In this document: in pieces, positions 23,036-32,485 of the stretch
Layout of the letters: every line of letters begins with the position of its first letter
How positions within the stretch are numbered: position 1 is the stretch's first letter
Source: an uncultured Actinomycetota bacterium
GTDB taxonomy: Bacteria; Actinomycetota; Actinomycetes; Propionibacteriales; Nocardioidaceae
Assembly (NCBI GenBank): GCA_963801045.1
Contig: CAWDDC010000005.1
Location: forward strand, 165,568-229,567
Length of the DNA: 64,000 nucleotides
Reading direction: 5' to 3'
Made by a program: the position numbers and the translations under genes
The notes under the pieces: model-generated
Database searches by the model: none
What the model was told of the DNA's origin: nothing
Seen by the model: the letters and a program-made list of their open reading frames with translations, nothing else

Positions 23036-24041
23036 TGCCGAGCCTCCGTCCGCCCACACGTCGCTCATCACCAGGTCGGCGCCGGGGATCGCGCCGGCAC
23101 GCGCCTCCCGGGTCGCGCGTTCGACCGCGGCGTCGGTCTCGGACTCGATGGCGGCCAGCTCGGCCTCACCGACGCCGATCTGCCAGCAGCCGGTCGCGGT
23201 ACATCGGCAGCGGGTCGCGGGCCAGCCACTTCTGCACCTCGTCGTCGGGGCGGTACTTGCCCGGGTCGGCGCGGGAGTGGCCGCCGTGCCGGTAGGTCTT
23301 GGCCTCGATCAGGCTCGGCCCCTCGCCCGCGCGGGCCAGGGCCAGTGCCTCGGCCGCCATCACGTAGACCGCGTCGGGGTCGTTGCCGTCGACCACCAGC
23401 GGGTCGAGCCCGTACGCGCTCGCGCGGTCGGCCGCCGGGTGCTCGACCGCGGTGACCGCGCCGATCGGCGTGTACTCCATGTACAGGTTGTTCTCGCAGA
23501 CGAACACCACCGGCAGCTTCCAGATCACCGCGAAGTTGAGCGCCTCGTGGAACGCGCCGATGTTGGTGGTGCCGTCGCCGAAGAAGCACACCGCCGCCTG
23601 CCCGCTGCCGCGGTACTGCGCGCTCCACGCCGCGCCGTTGGCGATCGTCAGGTGCGCGCCGATGATCGCGTACGAGCCCATCACGCCGTGCTCGACGCTG
23701 GTGAGGTGCATCGAGCCGCCCTTGCCCTTCATCAGGCCGTTCTCGCGGCCGAGCAGCTCGGCGAGCACCGGGGTCATCGGCACGCCGCGGGCCAGCGTGT
23801 GCGCGTGGCCGCGGTAGGTCGCGAACGTGTAGTCGTCGGGCCGCATCGCGACCCCGAACCCCGCGGCCACCGCCTCCTGGCCGAGCGAGAGGTGGCTGGT
23901 GCCCTTGACCAGGCCCTCGAGGAACAGGTCGTAGGCCCGCTTCTCGAACCGGCGCTGCTCCACGCAGGACCGGTACAGCGCGAGCCGCGTCGCGAGCGCG
24001 ACGTCGACGGTGGCGTGTTCCCCGAGGTACGGCGTGGACAT
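23023..24041 (-). CDS. 2-oxoacid dehydrogenase E1 component alpha subunit (ThDP-dependent); one frame switch near 23175
   Basis: ORF 23166..24041 carries the ThDP motif GDGTTNIGAFHEALNFAVIWKLPVVFVCENN. The C-terminal about 45 aa (GVGEAELAAIESETDAAVERATREARAG...) are in another frame, ending at a TGA that overlaps the E1 beta start. Confidence 0.85.
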
Positions 24042-24072
24042 GGTGCGGCTCCCTGGTGCCGGGGACGGACGG

Positions 24073-25299
24073 TCAGTACGGGTTGGCGACGACGAGGTCC
24101 TGGGCGGGGAAGAGGGTGAGGATCGCGCAGCCGTCGTCGGTCACCACCACCTCCTCCTCGATCCGGGCGGCGGAGAAGCCGTCGGAGGCGGGGCAGTAGG
24201 TCTCCAGCGCGAACACCATGCCCGCCTGCAGCTCGACCGGCTCGGTCATCGAGTTGAGCCGGGAGATGATCGGCCGCTCGTGCAGGCCGAGCCCGAGGCC
24301 GTGGCCGAACTGCAGCCCGAAGGCGGCCATCTCGTCGGCGAACCCGAAGTCGGTCGCCGCCGGCCACACCGCGGCGACCTCGTCGGTGCCCACGCCCGGC
24401 CGGATCATGGCGATCGAGGCGTCCATCCACTCCCGCGCCTTCGTGTACGCGTCCCGCTGGCTGCCGGTCGCGCTGCCCACCGAGAACGTGCGGTAGTAGC
24501 AGGTCCGGTAGCCGTTGTAGGAGTGGATGATGTCGAAGAACGCCATGTCGCCCGGCCGGATCAGCCGGTCGGTGAAGTTGTGCGGGTGCGGGTTGCAGCG
24601 CTCGCCGGAGATGGCGTTGATCGCCTCGACCTGGTCGGAGCCCATCTCGATCAGCCGCTTGCTGGCCAGCGCGACGATCTGGTTCTCGCGCACGCCGGGC
24701 TTCAGCGCCTCGACGATGTCCTGGTAGACGCCGTCGACCATGGCCGCCGCCTGGGTGAGCAGCATGATCTCGTCGGAGGACTTGATCACCCGCGCGTCGA
24801 GCAGCAGCTGCTGGCAGTCGACGACGGTGAGGCCCTGGCGCTGCATCTCGAACAGGAACGCCGGCTCGACGATGTCGACGCCGACCGGCTGGTCGGCCAC
24901 GCCGGCGTCGGTGAGCAGGCCCTTGATCTGGCGTACGGCCGACTCCATCAGGCCGGCGGTCGGGGCGACCGCGCCGCGCATCCCGAGCATGCCGGCGCGG
25001 CAGTTGTCCGGGTCGAGCCACGGTGAGTACAGCTGGTGGTGGCGGGTCGCGGAGCCGAAGTCCCACAGCATCGGCTCGCCGCCCTGCGTCAGCAGGGCGT
25101 AGCGGGTCATCTTGTCGCCGAGCGCGCCGCCGACCCAGGTCTGCGTGGTGTAGCGGATGTTGTAGAAGTCGAACAGCAGGAACGCGCCGCACTCGCTGCC
25201 CGCCAGCGACGCGCGGACCCGCCCGAGCCGGTAGTCGCGCAGCCGGGGGAAGTCGACCCGTTGCTCGTAGTCGACTCCCATGTGCCCCGGCGCGGGCAT
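24073..25299 (-). CDS. M24-family (creatinase/prolidase fold) hydrolase, paralogue 1
   Basis: Intact about 408 aa in the frame of ORF 24073..26322: creatinase-like N-domain, then PGDMAFFDIIHSYNGYRTCYYRTF...HGLGLGLHERP...FALETY...IEEEVVVT. Confidence 0.8.
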   Translation of the reverse strand: MPAPGHMGVDYEQRVDFPRLRDYRLGRVRASLAGSECGAFLLFDFYNIRYTTQTWVGGALGDKMTRYALLTQGGEPMLWDFGSATRHHQLYSPWLDPDNCRAGMLGMRGAVAPTAGLMESAVRQIKGLLTDAGVADQPVGVDIVEPAFLFEMQRQGLTVVDCQQLLLDARVIKSSDEIMLLTQAAAMVDGVYQDIVEALKPGVRENQIVALASKRLIEMGSDQVEAINAISGERCNPHPHNFTDRLIRPGDMAFFDIIHSYNGYRTCYYRTFSVGSATGSQRDAYTKAREWMDASIAMIRPGVGTDEVAAVWPAATDFGFADEMAAFGLQFGHGLGLGLHERPIISRLNSMTEPVELQAGMVFALETYCPASDGFSAARIEEEVVVTDDGCAILTLFPAQDLVVANPY

Positions 25300-25310
25300 C
25301 GGTCGCACTG

Positions 25311-26267
25311 TCAGCCCTCCCCGTCGGCCGGCTCCGGGGCGAGGCCGTCGGTGACGGCGGCGTCCTCGGTCTCCAGCTCGACGCCGGACCGGCGGGCCTG
25401 CTCGAGGATCAGGGTGGCGAAGTCGTCCTTGACGTGGCCTGCGCCGATCGCCGAGGCGACCAGCTGGGCCGCCAGCGCGGCCACCGGCATCGGCACCCCG
25501 AGCTCCCGGCCGGCGTCGAGCCCGAGGGTGAAGTCCTTGAGCAGCAAGGGATTGGTGAAGGTCGGCGTGAAGTCGAGGTTGACCAGCGCGGGCGTCTTGT
25601 AGCGGGTGAAGGTCGACCCCAGCACCGAGTCGTTGAGGAAGCCGAGGAACGCCTCGCGGCTGGTGCCGCCCTGCTGCGCGAGCAGCGTGATCTCGGCCAG
25701 CGACTGGGTCACCACCCCGAGGAAGACGTTGTGGCAGATCTTGACCAGCCGGGCCGCCTCGCCCTCGCCGACGAAGGTCACGCTCTGGCCGAGCAGCTCG
25801 AGCAGCGGCAGGACCTGGTCGTAGGCCCCGCGCGGACCGGAGACCGCCATCGTGAGCTTGCCGGCGGCGACCACCGACGGGTTGCCGCTGACCGGTGCGG
25901 CCAGCAGCGTGGTGCCGCGCGCGGCGGCTGCCTCGCGGACGACCTGCGACGACTCGGTCGACACCGTGGAGGAGTCGACGAGCACCGTGGGCGCGGCGCT
26001 GCCGCTGAGCAGGCCGCCGTCGCCGAGGACCACCTGCTCGAAGTCGGCCGAGGCGGACACCATGGTGAAGACGACGTCGCGGTCGGCCAGGTCGGCCGGG
26101 CTGTCGACGACGCTCGCGCGCCCGCCGGCCACCGCCTCGGCCTTGGACCGGGTGCGGTTGTAGACCGCCACGTCGTGCCCGGCGTCGACCAGGCGTCCCG
26201 CCAGCGCGGCACCCATCCGTCCGGCGCCGATCCACCCGATGCGTGGGCCGTCCGACCTCGCGCTCAT
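25311..26267 (-). CDS. NAD(P)-dependent beta-hydroxyacid dehydrogenase (3-hydroxyisobutyrate dehydrogenase family), paralogue 1
   Basis: ORF 25311..26291. Rossmann motif IGWIGAGRMGAALAGRLVDAGHDVAVYNRT, then PVSG...G and the C-terminal all-helical domain typical of the HIBADH/6PGDH-like family. Confidence 0.85.
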   Translation of the reverse strand: MSARSDGPRIGWIGAGRMGAALAGRLVDAGHDVAVYNRTRSKAEAVAGGRASVVDSPADLADRDVVFTMVSASADFEQVVLGDGGLLSGSAAPTVLVDSSTVSTESSQVVREAAAARGTTLLAAPVSGNPSVVAAGKLTMAVSGPRGAYDQVLPLLELLGQSVTFVGEGEAARLVKICHNVFLGVVTQSLAEITLLAQQGGTSREAFLGFLNDSVLGSTFTRYKTPALVNLDFTPTFTNPLLLKDFTLGLDAGRELGVPMPVAALAAQLVASAIGAGHVKDDFATLILEQARRSGVELETEDAAVTDGLAPEPADGEG

Positions 26268-26286
26268 GCATGCTCCCGCCGTCGAC

Positions 26287-26300
26287 TGCAAACGGTTGCA
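26287..26300. promoter_or_regulatory. LacI/GalR-type operator O1: TGCAAACGGTTGCA
   Basis: 14-bp palindrome lying 20 nt upstream of the HIBADH-1 start (26267) and directly abutting a putative -10. It matches the family consensus TGnAAnCGnTTnCA. Confidence 0.6.
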
Positions 26301-26329
26301 ATCCTCCCCCGCCCGGTGCCACCCGTCAA
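26301..26329 (-). promoter_or_regulatory. putative promoter of the HIBADH-M24-E1-ALDH-E2 operon
   Basis: On the minus strand: TTGACG (26329-26324), a 17-nt spacer, then GAGGAT (26306-26301). Operator O1 follows immediately. Confidence 0.35.
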
Positions 26330-26358
26330 GGCGGGGGCGGATCGGACGTCTCCGCGGG

Positions 26359-27379
26359 TCAGCCGGGTGGCGGCGCCGTCGACCCCCGGACGCTGAGCGT
26401 GAGCGGGAGCAGCAGCGAGCGCGGGTGCCGGTCGGCGTCCTGCAGCACCTCGAGCAGCAGCCGCGCCGCCTCCGCCCCGATCTCGTAGTGCGGCACCCGC
26501 ACCGAGGTGAGCGGCGGATCGACCCGGTGCATCATCGGGGTGTCGTTGAAGCCCACCACGCTGACCTCGTCCGGGCAGGCCAGGCCGTGCGCCCGCAGCA
26601 CGTCGTAGCAGCCGAGGGCGATCAGGTCGTTGCCGGCCAGCACCGCGGTGTACGGCACCCCCGAGCCGATCAGCTGCTCCATCGCCTCCGCCCCGGCGGC
26701 CTCCGACCAGGTCGAGCAGCCCACGATCCGCTCGGTGCCCCCCGGGAGGCCGAGGTCCTCCAGTGCCTGCCGGAACGCCTGCCGGCGCACCACGCCGGTG
26801 GACAGGTCCTGCGGCCCCGCCAGGTGCACGATGTCGCGGTGCCCGAGGTCGTGCAGGTGCCGCATCGCCATCGCGACCCCGGCCGCGTCGTCGGGCGTGA
26901 CCGAGGGGATGGCCGGGCTGCCGACCCGGCGGTTGACCAGCACCACCGGCGTCCCGGTGCCCGCGAGCTCCTGCAGCAGCGGGTGCTGCAGCCGGGCGGT
27001 GGCGACCACGAAGCCCTCCACGCTGCGCCCGCGGAACGACTCGATCGCCGCGGCCTCGCGGTCGGGATCGTTGTCGGTGTTGACGATCCACGCGTTGTAG
27101 CCGACGGCGCGCAGGACGTCCTCGATCCCCCGCACGATCGGCGGGAACAGCGGGTTGGTGATGTCCGGCAGCAGCAGCCCGATGCTCGCCGAGCGCGAGG
27201 TCTTGAGGCTGCGGGCGATCGGGTTCGGGGTGTAGCCGAGCTGGCGGGCGGCCTGGTCGACCCGCTCGGCGGTCTCGGCGTTGACCAGGCCGCGGGTGGC
27301 GGCGTTGAGTGCCCGCGACGCGGTCGCGGGGTGCACCCCGGCGCTGCTTCGCGACCTCTTTGAGGGTGGCCCGTTCCAC
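26359..27379 (-). CDS. LacI family transcriptional regulator; one frame switch near 27345
   Basis: HTH VERATLKEVAKQ|AGVHPATASRALN, split between the frames of ORFs 26264..27424 and 26359..27558. A periplasmic-binding-protein-like sugar-binding core follows (IGLLLPDITNPLFPPIVRGIED...VVGFND). Confidence 0.85.
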
Positions 27380-27419
27380 GCGGCGCACAGTAGCGCCTGT
27401 CCGCCCCGGTGGGAGGGAT

Positions 27420-27433
27420 CGCAAACGATTGCC
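27420..27433. promoter_or_regulatory. LacI/GalR-type operator O2: CGCAAACGATTGCC
   Basis: Lies in the lacI/transketolase divergent region, 41 nt upstream of the lacI GTG (27379) and 77 nt upstream of the transketolase GTG (27510). The core GCAAACGATTGC is identical to O3 and O4. Confidence 0.55.
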
Positions 27434-27509
27434 CGCCGGAGCCTTGACGCGGGCCGCACGCGGTGGCCATTGTGGCTAGACCAATTGACCACTGTGAGGC
27501 GGGTGGATC

Positions 27510-28341
27510 GTGGCGCGGCTCTCCGACCCCGGCACGCACTGGGCGGTGGAGGACCCACGCGCGCTGGCCCTGCGGATCCGGCGGCGGGCGGTGCGGATGG
27601 TGGCGCCCCAGGGTTTCGGCTACCTCGGCCAGGCGCTGTCGGCGGCCGAGCAGGTGGCGGCGGTCTTCGCCGTGCTGCGGCCGGGGCGGGACCGGCTGGT
27701 CTGCTCGCCCGGGCACTACGTCATCGCGCCGTTCGCCGCCGCGGGCGAGCTGGGCCTGCTCGACGAGGACCTGCTGGACGCGTACGGCCAGAACGGCGCG
27801 ACCCTCGAGGCGATCGGGACCGAGCGGTCGCCGCTGTTCGACCACACCTGCGGATCGCTGGGCCAGGGCCTGTCCGCCGCCGCCGGCTACGCGCTGTCGG
27901 CGCGGATGACCGGCGACGACACCCGCACGTACGCGCTGGTGAGCGACGGCGAGCTGGAGGAGGGCCAGGTGTGGGAGGCGGCCATGTTCGCCGCCCACCA
28001 CCGGCTGTCGGCGCTCACCGTGCTGCTGGACGCCAACAACTCCCAGGTCGACGGCCCGGTCGACACCATCACCACGATCGAGCCGATCGCGGACAAGTGG
28101 ACGGCGTTCGGCTGGCACGCGCAGGACGTCGACGGCCACGACGTCGACGCCGTCGTGACCGCGCTGGAGCGGGCCGCCGGCCACTCCGCAGCCCAGCGTC
28201 GTGGTCTGCCGCACCTCCACCGTGCACGGTCTCGACTGCCTGCCGGCCGACGCGGACGGGCACTTCATCAAGCTCCCGCCCGAGCTCGCCCGGGCCGCCG
28301 TCGACGAGCTCACCGCGCGGCTGGAGGCACGGCATGCATGA
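27510..28341 (+). CDS. transketolase, N-terminal (ThDP pyrophosphate-binding) subunit of a split enzyme; one frame switch near 28185
   Basis: ORF 27510..: GFGYLGQALSAAEQVAAVFA..., GSLGQGLSAAAGYAL and SDGELEEGQVWEAAMFAAHHRLSALTVLLDANN. The C-terminal tail (VVCRTSTVHG...) is in another frame. The stop overlaps the next gene. Confidence 0.85.
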
Positions 28342-29343
28342 GCCGCCGTACGCCACCGTCACCAAGCCCTACGGTCGGGCGCTGCTCGCGCTCGCGCGGC
28401 AGCGGGAGGAGATCGTCTGCCTCAGCGGCGACCTGACCCGGCAGTGCGAGATCGACCTGTTCCAGGAGGCGATCCCGGAACGGTTCGTGCACTGCGGGAT
28501 GGCCGAGGCGAACATGATCGGCGTCGCCGGCGCGCTGGCCCGCTGCGGCCACGTCCCGTTCGTGCACACGTTCGGGGTGTTCGCGACCCGCCGGCCGTAC
28601 GACCAGATCGCCAACGCGATCGCCTACCCCAACCTGCCGGTGCGCATCGTCGGATTCATGCCAGGCGTCTCGTCGCCGGGCGGTCCCAGCCACCAGGCCA
28701 TCGACGACGTCGCCCTGATGCGGTCGCTGCCGAACATGACGGTGGTCGACGTCGCGGACGCCCGCTCGGTCGCCGAGATGGTGCCCGCGGTCGCCGACGT
28801 CGCCGGGGCCGGTCTACGTGCGGCTCAAGCGGGGCGAGGTGCCGGTGATCGTCGACGACCACGAGCCGCCGCTGTCCCTGAGCCGCGCCCGGGTGCTGCT
28901 GGCCGGCACCGACGTGGCGCTGGTGGCCAGCGGGATGATGCTCGCCACGGCGCTGGCCGCAGCGCCGGTCCTCCGCAGCGCCGGCGTCTCGGCCTCGGTG
29001 GTCGACGTGCCGGTGCTGAAGCCGCTCGACACCGCGACGATCCGGACGGTGGCGGCCGCGACCCGCGCCGTGGTCACCGCGGAGAACCACTCGATCGTCG
29101 GCGGGCTCGGCTCCGCGGTGGCCGAGACGCTGGCCGAGGCCGGGTTCGGCCGGCCGCTGCGGCGGGTGGGCCTGCGCGACACCTTCGCCGAGGGCGCGCT
29201 GGACGCGGCGTACCTGTTCGAGAAGTACCGGCTGTCCACGCAGGCAGCTGGTGGACGCCGCGTGGGAGGTGCTCGGACGACCAGGCGCGGCGCCACGGGC
29301 GCCGGTCACGGCAGCCGAACCGGGTGCGTACTCACCGGTCTGA
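28334..29343 (+). CDS. transketolase, C-terminal (pyrimidine-binding) subunit; about 2 frame switches (near 28805 and 29245)
   Basis: MHEPPYATVTKPYGRALLALARQREEIVCLSGDLTRQCEIDLFQEAIPERFVHCGMAEANMIGVAGALA...GPSHQAIDDVALMRSLPNMTVVDVAD. Confidence 0.85.
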
Positions 29344-29391
29344 TCCACCGTCCGCGCCGACCGCGCTCATCACCAGCAGAGGAGCCCGTCC

Positions 29392-30730
29392 ATGACCGAC
29401 TTCTACTCCGCGACCGCGCAGGCCACGACGATCGCGTCGCCGGGCGCCACCCAGGCGGTCGACTGGGAGCGCCGGGTGGACTACGAACGGCTCCGCGGCG
29501 ACCGCTTCGCGCGCGTCCAGACCGCGCTCGAGGGCTCGCACCTCGGTGCCCTGGTGCTGTTCGACATGAACAACATCCGCTACACGACGGCGACCCACAT
29601 CGGGAACTGGGCGCGGGACAAGTTCTTCCGCTGCGCGCTGGTGATGCGCGGCCAGGAGCCGATCCTGTGGGACATCGGGTCAGCCGCACGCACCCACCAG
29701 CGGCACGCCGACTGGTTCGGCAGCCAGAGCTGGCAGGCCGGTCTGTCCAGCTGGCGCGGGGCCATCCCCGAGGAGGTCGGGGTGGAGGCGGGCAACGCCA
29801 GGCGGCTGGCCCGCATCCTGCGCGAGCACGGCCTCGCGGACGAGCCGGTCGGCGTCGACATCGTCGAGCTGCCGGTGCTGCGGGCGCTCGAGCGCGAGGG
29901 CCTGCGGATCGAGGACGGGCACGGGTTCATGCAGGACGTCCGGGCGATCAAGACCGCCGACGAGGTGGCGCTGCTCGACCACGCGGCAGCCCTGGTCGAC
30001 GGCGCCTACGACGAGCTGTACCGCTGCCTGCGGCCCGGGAGTGCGCGAGAACGACATGGTGGCGCTGGTCAACCGCTACCTGTACGAGCGGGGCTCGGAC
30101 GAGGTGGAGGCGGTCAACTCCATCTCCGGCGAGCGGTGCAGCCCGCACCCGCACGTGTTCTCCGACCGACTCATCCGGCCCGGCGACACCGCCTACTTCG
30201 ACATCATCCACGCGTTCAACGGCTACCGGACCTGCTACTACCGCACCCTCAACGTGGGCAGCTGCAACAGCGCGCAACGCGGTGCGTACGCGCTGGCGCG
30301 CGAGTTCATGGACAACGCGATCGCCGAGATCCGGCCGGGTGCCACCTCGGCGGACGTCGTCGAGCACTTCCCGGCGGCGGAGGAGTTCGGCTTCGGCAGC
30401 GAGGAGGAGGCGTTCGGGCTGCAGTACTGCCACGGCCTCGGCCTGTCGAACTGGGAGCGCCCACTGATGAGCCGCTACCACTCCTTCGAGCACCCGGTGG
30501 TGCTGGAGGAGGGCATGGTCTTCGCGATCGAGACGTACTGGCCGACGCCCGACGGACGGGCCGCGGCGCGGATCGAGGAGGAGGTCGTGGTGACGCCGGG
30601 CGGGTGCGAGCTGCTCACCCGGTTCCCGGCCGACCAGCTCTACGTGGCGGGCACGCAGTACTGGAACGGGGTGGACCTGCCGGGGACGCCGGTCCAGACG
30701 CCGCCCGCGGACCGCGGCGGGCTCGCGTGA
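29392..30730 (+). CDS. M24-family (creatinase/prolidase fold) hydrolase, paralogue 2; one frame switch near 30040
   Basis: ATG is preceded by GAGGAG. Roughly half of the residues match paralogue 1 by eye (PGDTAYFDIIHAFNGYRTCYYRTL...HGLGLSNWERP...FAIETY...IEEEVVVT). Confidence 0.8.
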
Positions 30731-31639
30731 GCGGGGCGGACACCACCGTCGGCTGGCTCGGCACCGGCCGGATGGGCGCCGCCCTGGCGGGCCGGCTGGT
30801 CGACGCCGGCCACCCGCTGCGGGTGTGGAACCGCACCACGGCCAAGGTCGAGCCGCTGGTCGCCAGGGGTGCGGAGGCGGTCGGGTCGATCGCCGAGCTC
30901 GCCGCCTGCGACGTCGTCTTCGTCATGGTCTCCACACCGGACGACCTGCTGGAGGTGGTGACCGGCCCGGCCGGCCTGCTGGCGGCGGAGCCGCGGCCGT
31001 CGGTGGTCGTCGACTGCTCCACGGTCTCCGCAGAGGTCTCGGCCGACGTCCGCCGGACGGCGGCCGACCTGGGCGTCGCGTTCCTCGCCGCCCCGGTCAG
31101 CGGCAACCCGCACGTGGTCGCCGAGGGCAGGGCGTGCATCGTCGCGTCCGGCCCGGCCGGCACGTTCGCCCTGCGTCCGGCCCTACCTGGAGACGATGGC
31201 GTCGGCGGTCGTCCACGCCGGCGAGGGCGAGCAGAGCCGGCTGATCAAGCTCTGCCAGAACCTCTACCTCGGCATCATGGTCCAGGCCCTGGTCGAGGTG
31301 ACCAGCCTGGTCGAGAAGGGCGGCACCGACCGGGCGGCGTTCCTGGAGTTCCTCAACGGCACCGTCGTCAGCTCGGACTGGGTGCGCCGGCGCACCCCCG
31401 ACCTGGTCGCCCGCGACTGGACGCCGGTGTTCACGACCGAGATGCTCCGCAAGGACTTCGACCTCAGCCTGGGTGCGGCCCGCGCGCTCGAGGTGCCGCT
31501 GCCGCTCGGCGGGGCGGTGCACCAGCTGATCCAGTCGGCGATCGGCACCGGCGCCCGCGACCTCGACTTCCTCGCGTTGTACGAGCAGCAGGCCCGCGGT
31601 GCCGGGCTCACGGCCGCCGAGCCGGCGGGCGAGCCCTGA
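30727..31639 (+). CDS. NAD(P)-dependent beta-hydroxyacid dehydrogenase (HIBADH family), paralogue 2; one frame switch near 31170
   Basis: The GTG overlaps the M24-2 stop (GTGA). Sequence: VGWLGTGRMGAALAGRLVDAGHPLRVWNRT...APVSGNP... The C-terminal part is ORF 31196..31639. Confidence 0.8.
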
Positions 31640-32394
31640 TGCCGGGGCGGAGCGGCCGCGGCCGCCCGGTCGACATGAGCACGGTCCGCCCGGTCCAGCT
31701 GCCGCGGCTGGCCGACGAGGTGGCCGACAAGATCAGGTCCTTCATCCTGGACGAGAACCTGGTCGAGGGCACCCGGCTGCCGTCCGAGCGCAGCCTCGCC
31801 GACATGCTCGGCGCCAGCCGGCCGACGGTGAGCCAGGCGCTCCGGTCGTTGACCCTGACCGGGCTGATCGAGATCCGCCGGGGCTCCGGCGCGTACGTGC
31901 TGCGGCAGCCGGACCGGTCCATCACGAACTCGCTGAGCCTGCTGTTCGAGCTCGAGCGCGACAACGTCGCGCACCTGGTCGACCTCCGGCTGTGGCTCGA
32001 GCAGCTCGGGGTGCAGGAAGCCGTGCACCACGGTGGCGAGGCGGACCTGGCCGTGGTGCGGGACTCGCTGCGGCGGCTGGCCGCCAGCGTCGGCGAGACC
32101 GCGACCTGGATCGCCGCGGACACCGTGTTCCACGCGACCGTCGTCGGGCTGTCCGGCAACCCGTTCCTCACCGCGATCTACGAGAGCGTGCACACCGCCG
32201 TGCTCCGCTACGAGTACCAGGCCTGGGTCGAGGAGGACGTGGTCCCGCAGTGGCTGCGGCCCGAGGCCGCCGACAGCCAGCTGGCGATCCACGAGCCGAT
32301 CGTGGCCGCGCTCGAGGCGGGCGACCTGGACGCCGCGGCCGCCGCGGTGGCGCACCACCACGAGGTCATGCGCCAGCACCTGGACAGCCGATGA
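31639..32394 (+). CDS. GntR family (FadR/FCD subfamily) transcriptional regulator
   Basis: In the frame of ORF 29392..32394: ADKIRSFILDENLVEGTRLPSERSLADMLGASRPTVSQALRSLTLTGLIEIRRGSGAYV, followed by a helical FCD-like domain. The start overlaps the previous stop (TGATG). Met at 31675 is an alternative start. Confidence 0.85.
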   Translation: MPGRSGRGRPVDMSTVRPVQLPRLADEVADKIRSFILDENLVEGTRLPSERSLADMLGASRPTVSQALRSLTLTGLIEIRRGSGAYVLRQPDRSITNSLSLLFELERDNVAHLVDLRLWLEQLGVQEAVHHGGEADLAVVRDSLRRLAASVGETATWIAADTVFHATVVGLSGNPFLTAIYESVHTAVLRYEYQAWVEEDVVPQWLRPEAADSQLAIHEPIVAALEAGDLDAAAAAVAHHHEVMRQHLDSR

Positions 32395-32415
32395 GCCCCC
32401 GGCTGACGACCGCTC

Positions 32416-32444
32416 TTGACAGCACGTGGCGGCGGTCACAGGAT
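32416..32444 (+). promoter_or_regulatory. putative promoter of the ABC-transporter operon
   Basis: TTGACA (32416-32421), a 17-nt spacer, then CAGGAT (32439-32444). Operator O3 starts 11 nt downstream. Confidence 0.35.
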
Positions 32445-32455
32445 GGCCCAGCGGC

Positions 32456-32469
32456 TGCAATCGTTTGCG
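32456..32469. promoter_or_regulatory. LacI/GalR-type operator O3: TGCAATCGTTTGCG (reverse complement CGCAAACGATTGCA)
   Basis: Lies 17 nt upstream of the substrate-binding-protein ATG (32486), just downstream of the putative -10. Confidence 0.6.
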
Positions 32470-32485
32470 ACTCCCTGGAGGATCC

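Noticed and set aside
29392-32394. 1000-aa ORF that looks like a giant fusion of M24 hydrolase, dehydrogenase and GntR regulator.
   Set aside because: It is read-through of one stop-free frame across three separate genes. The middle third is low-complexity nonsense, and the individual genes have their own coupled start and stop codons (GTGA at 30727, TGATG at 31639).
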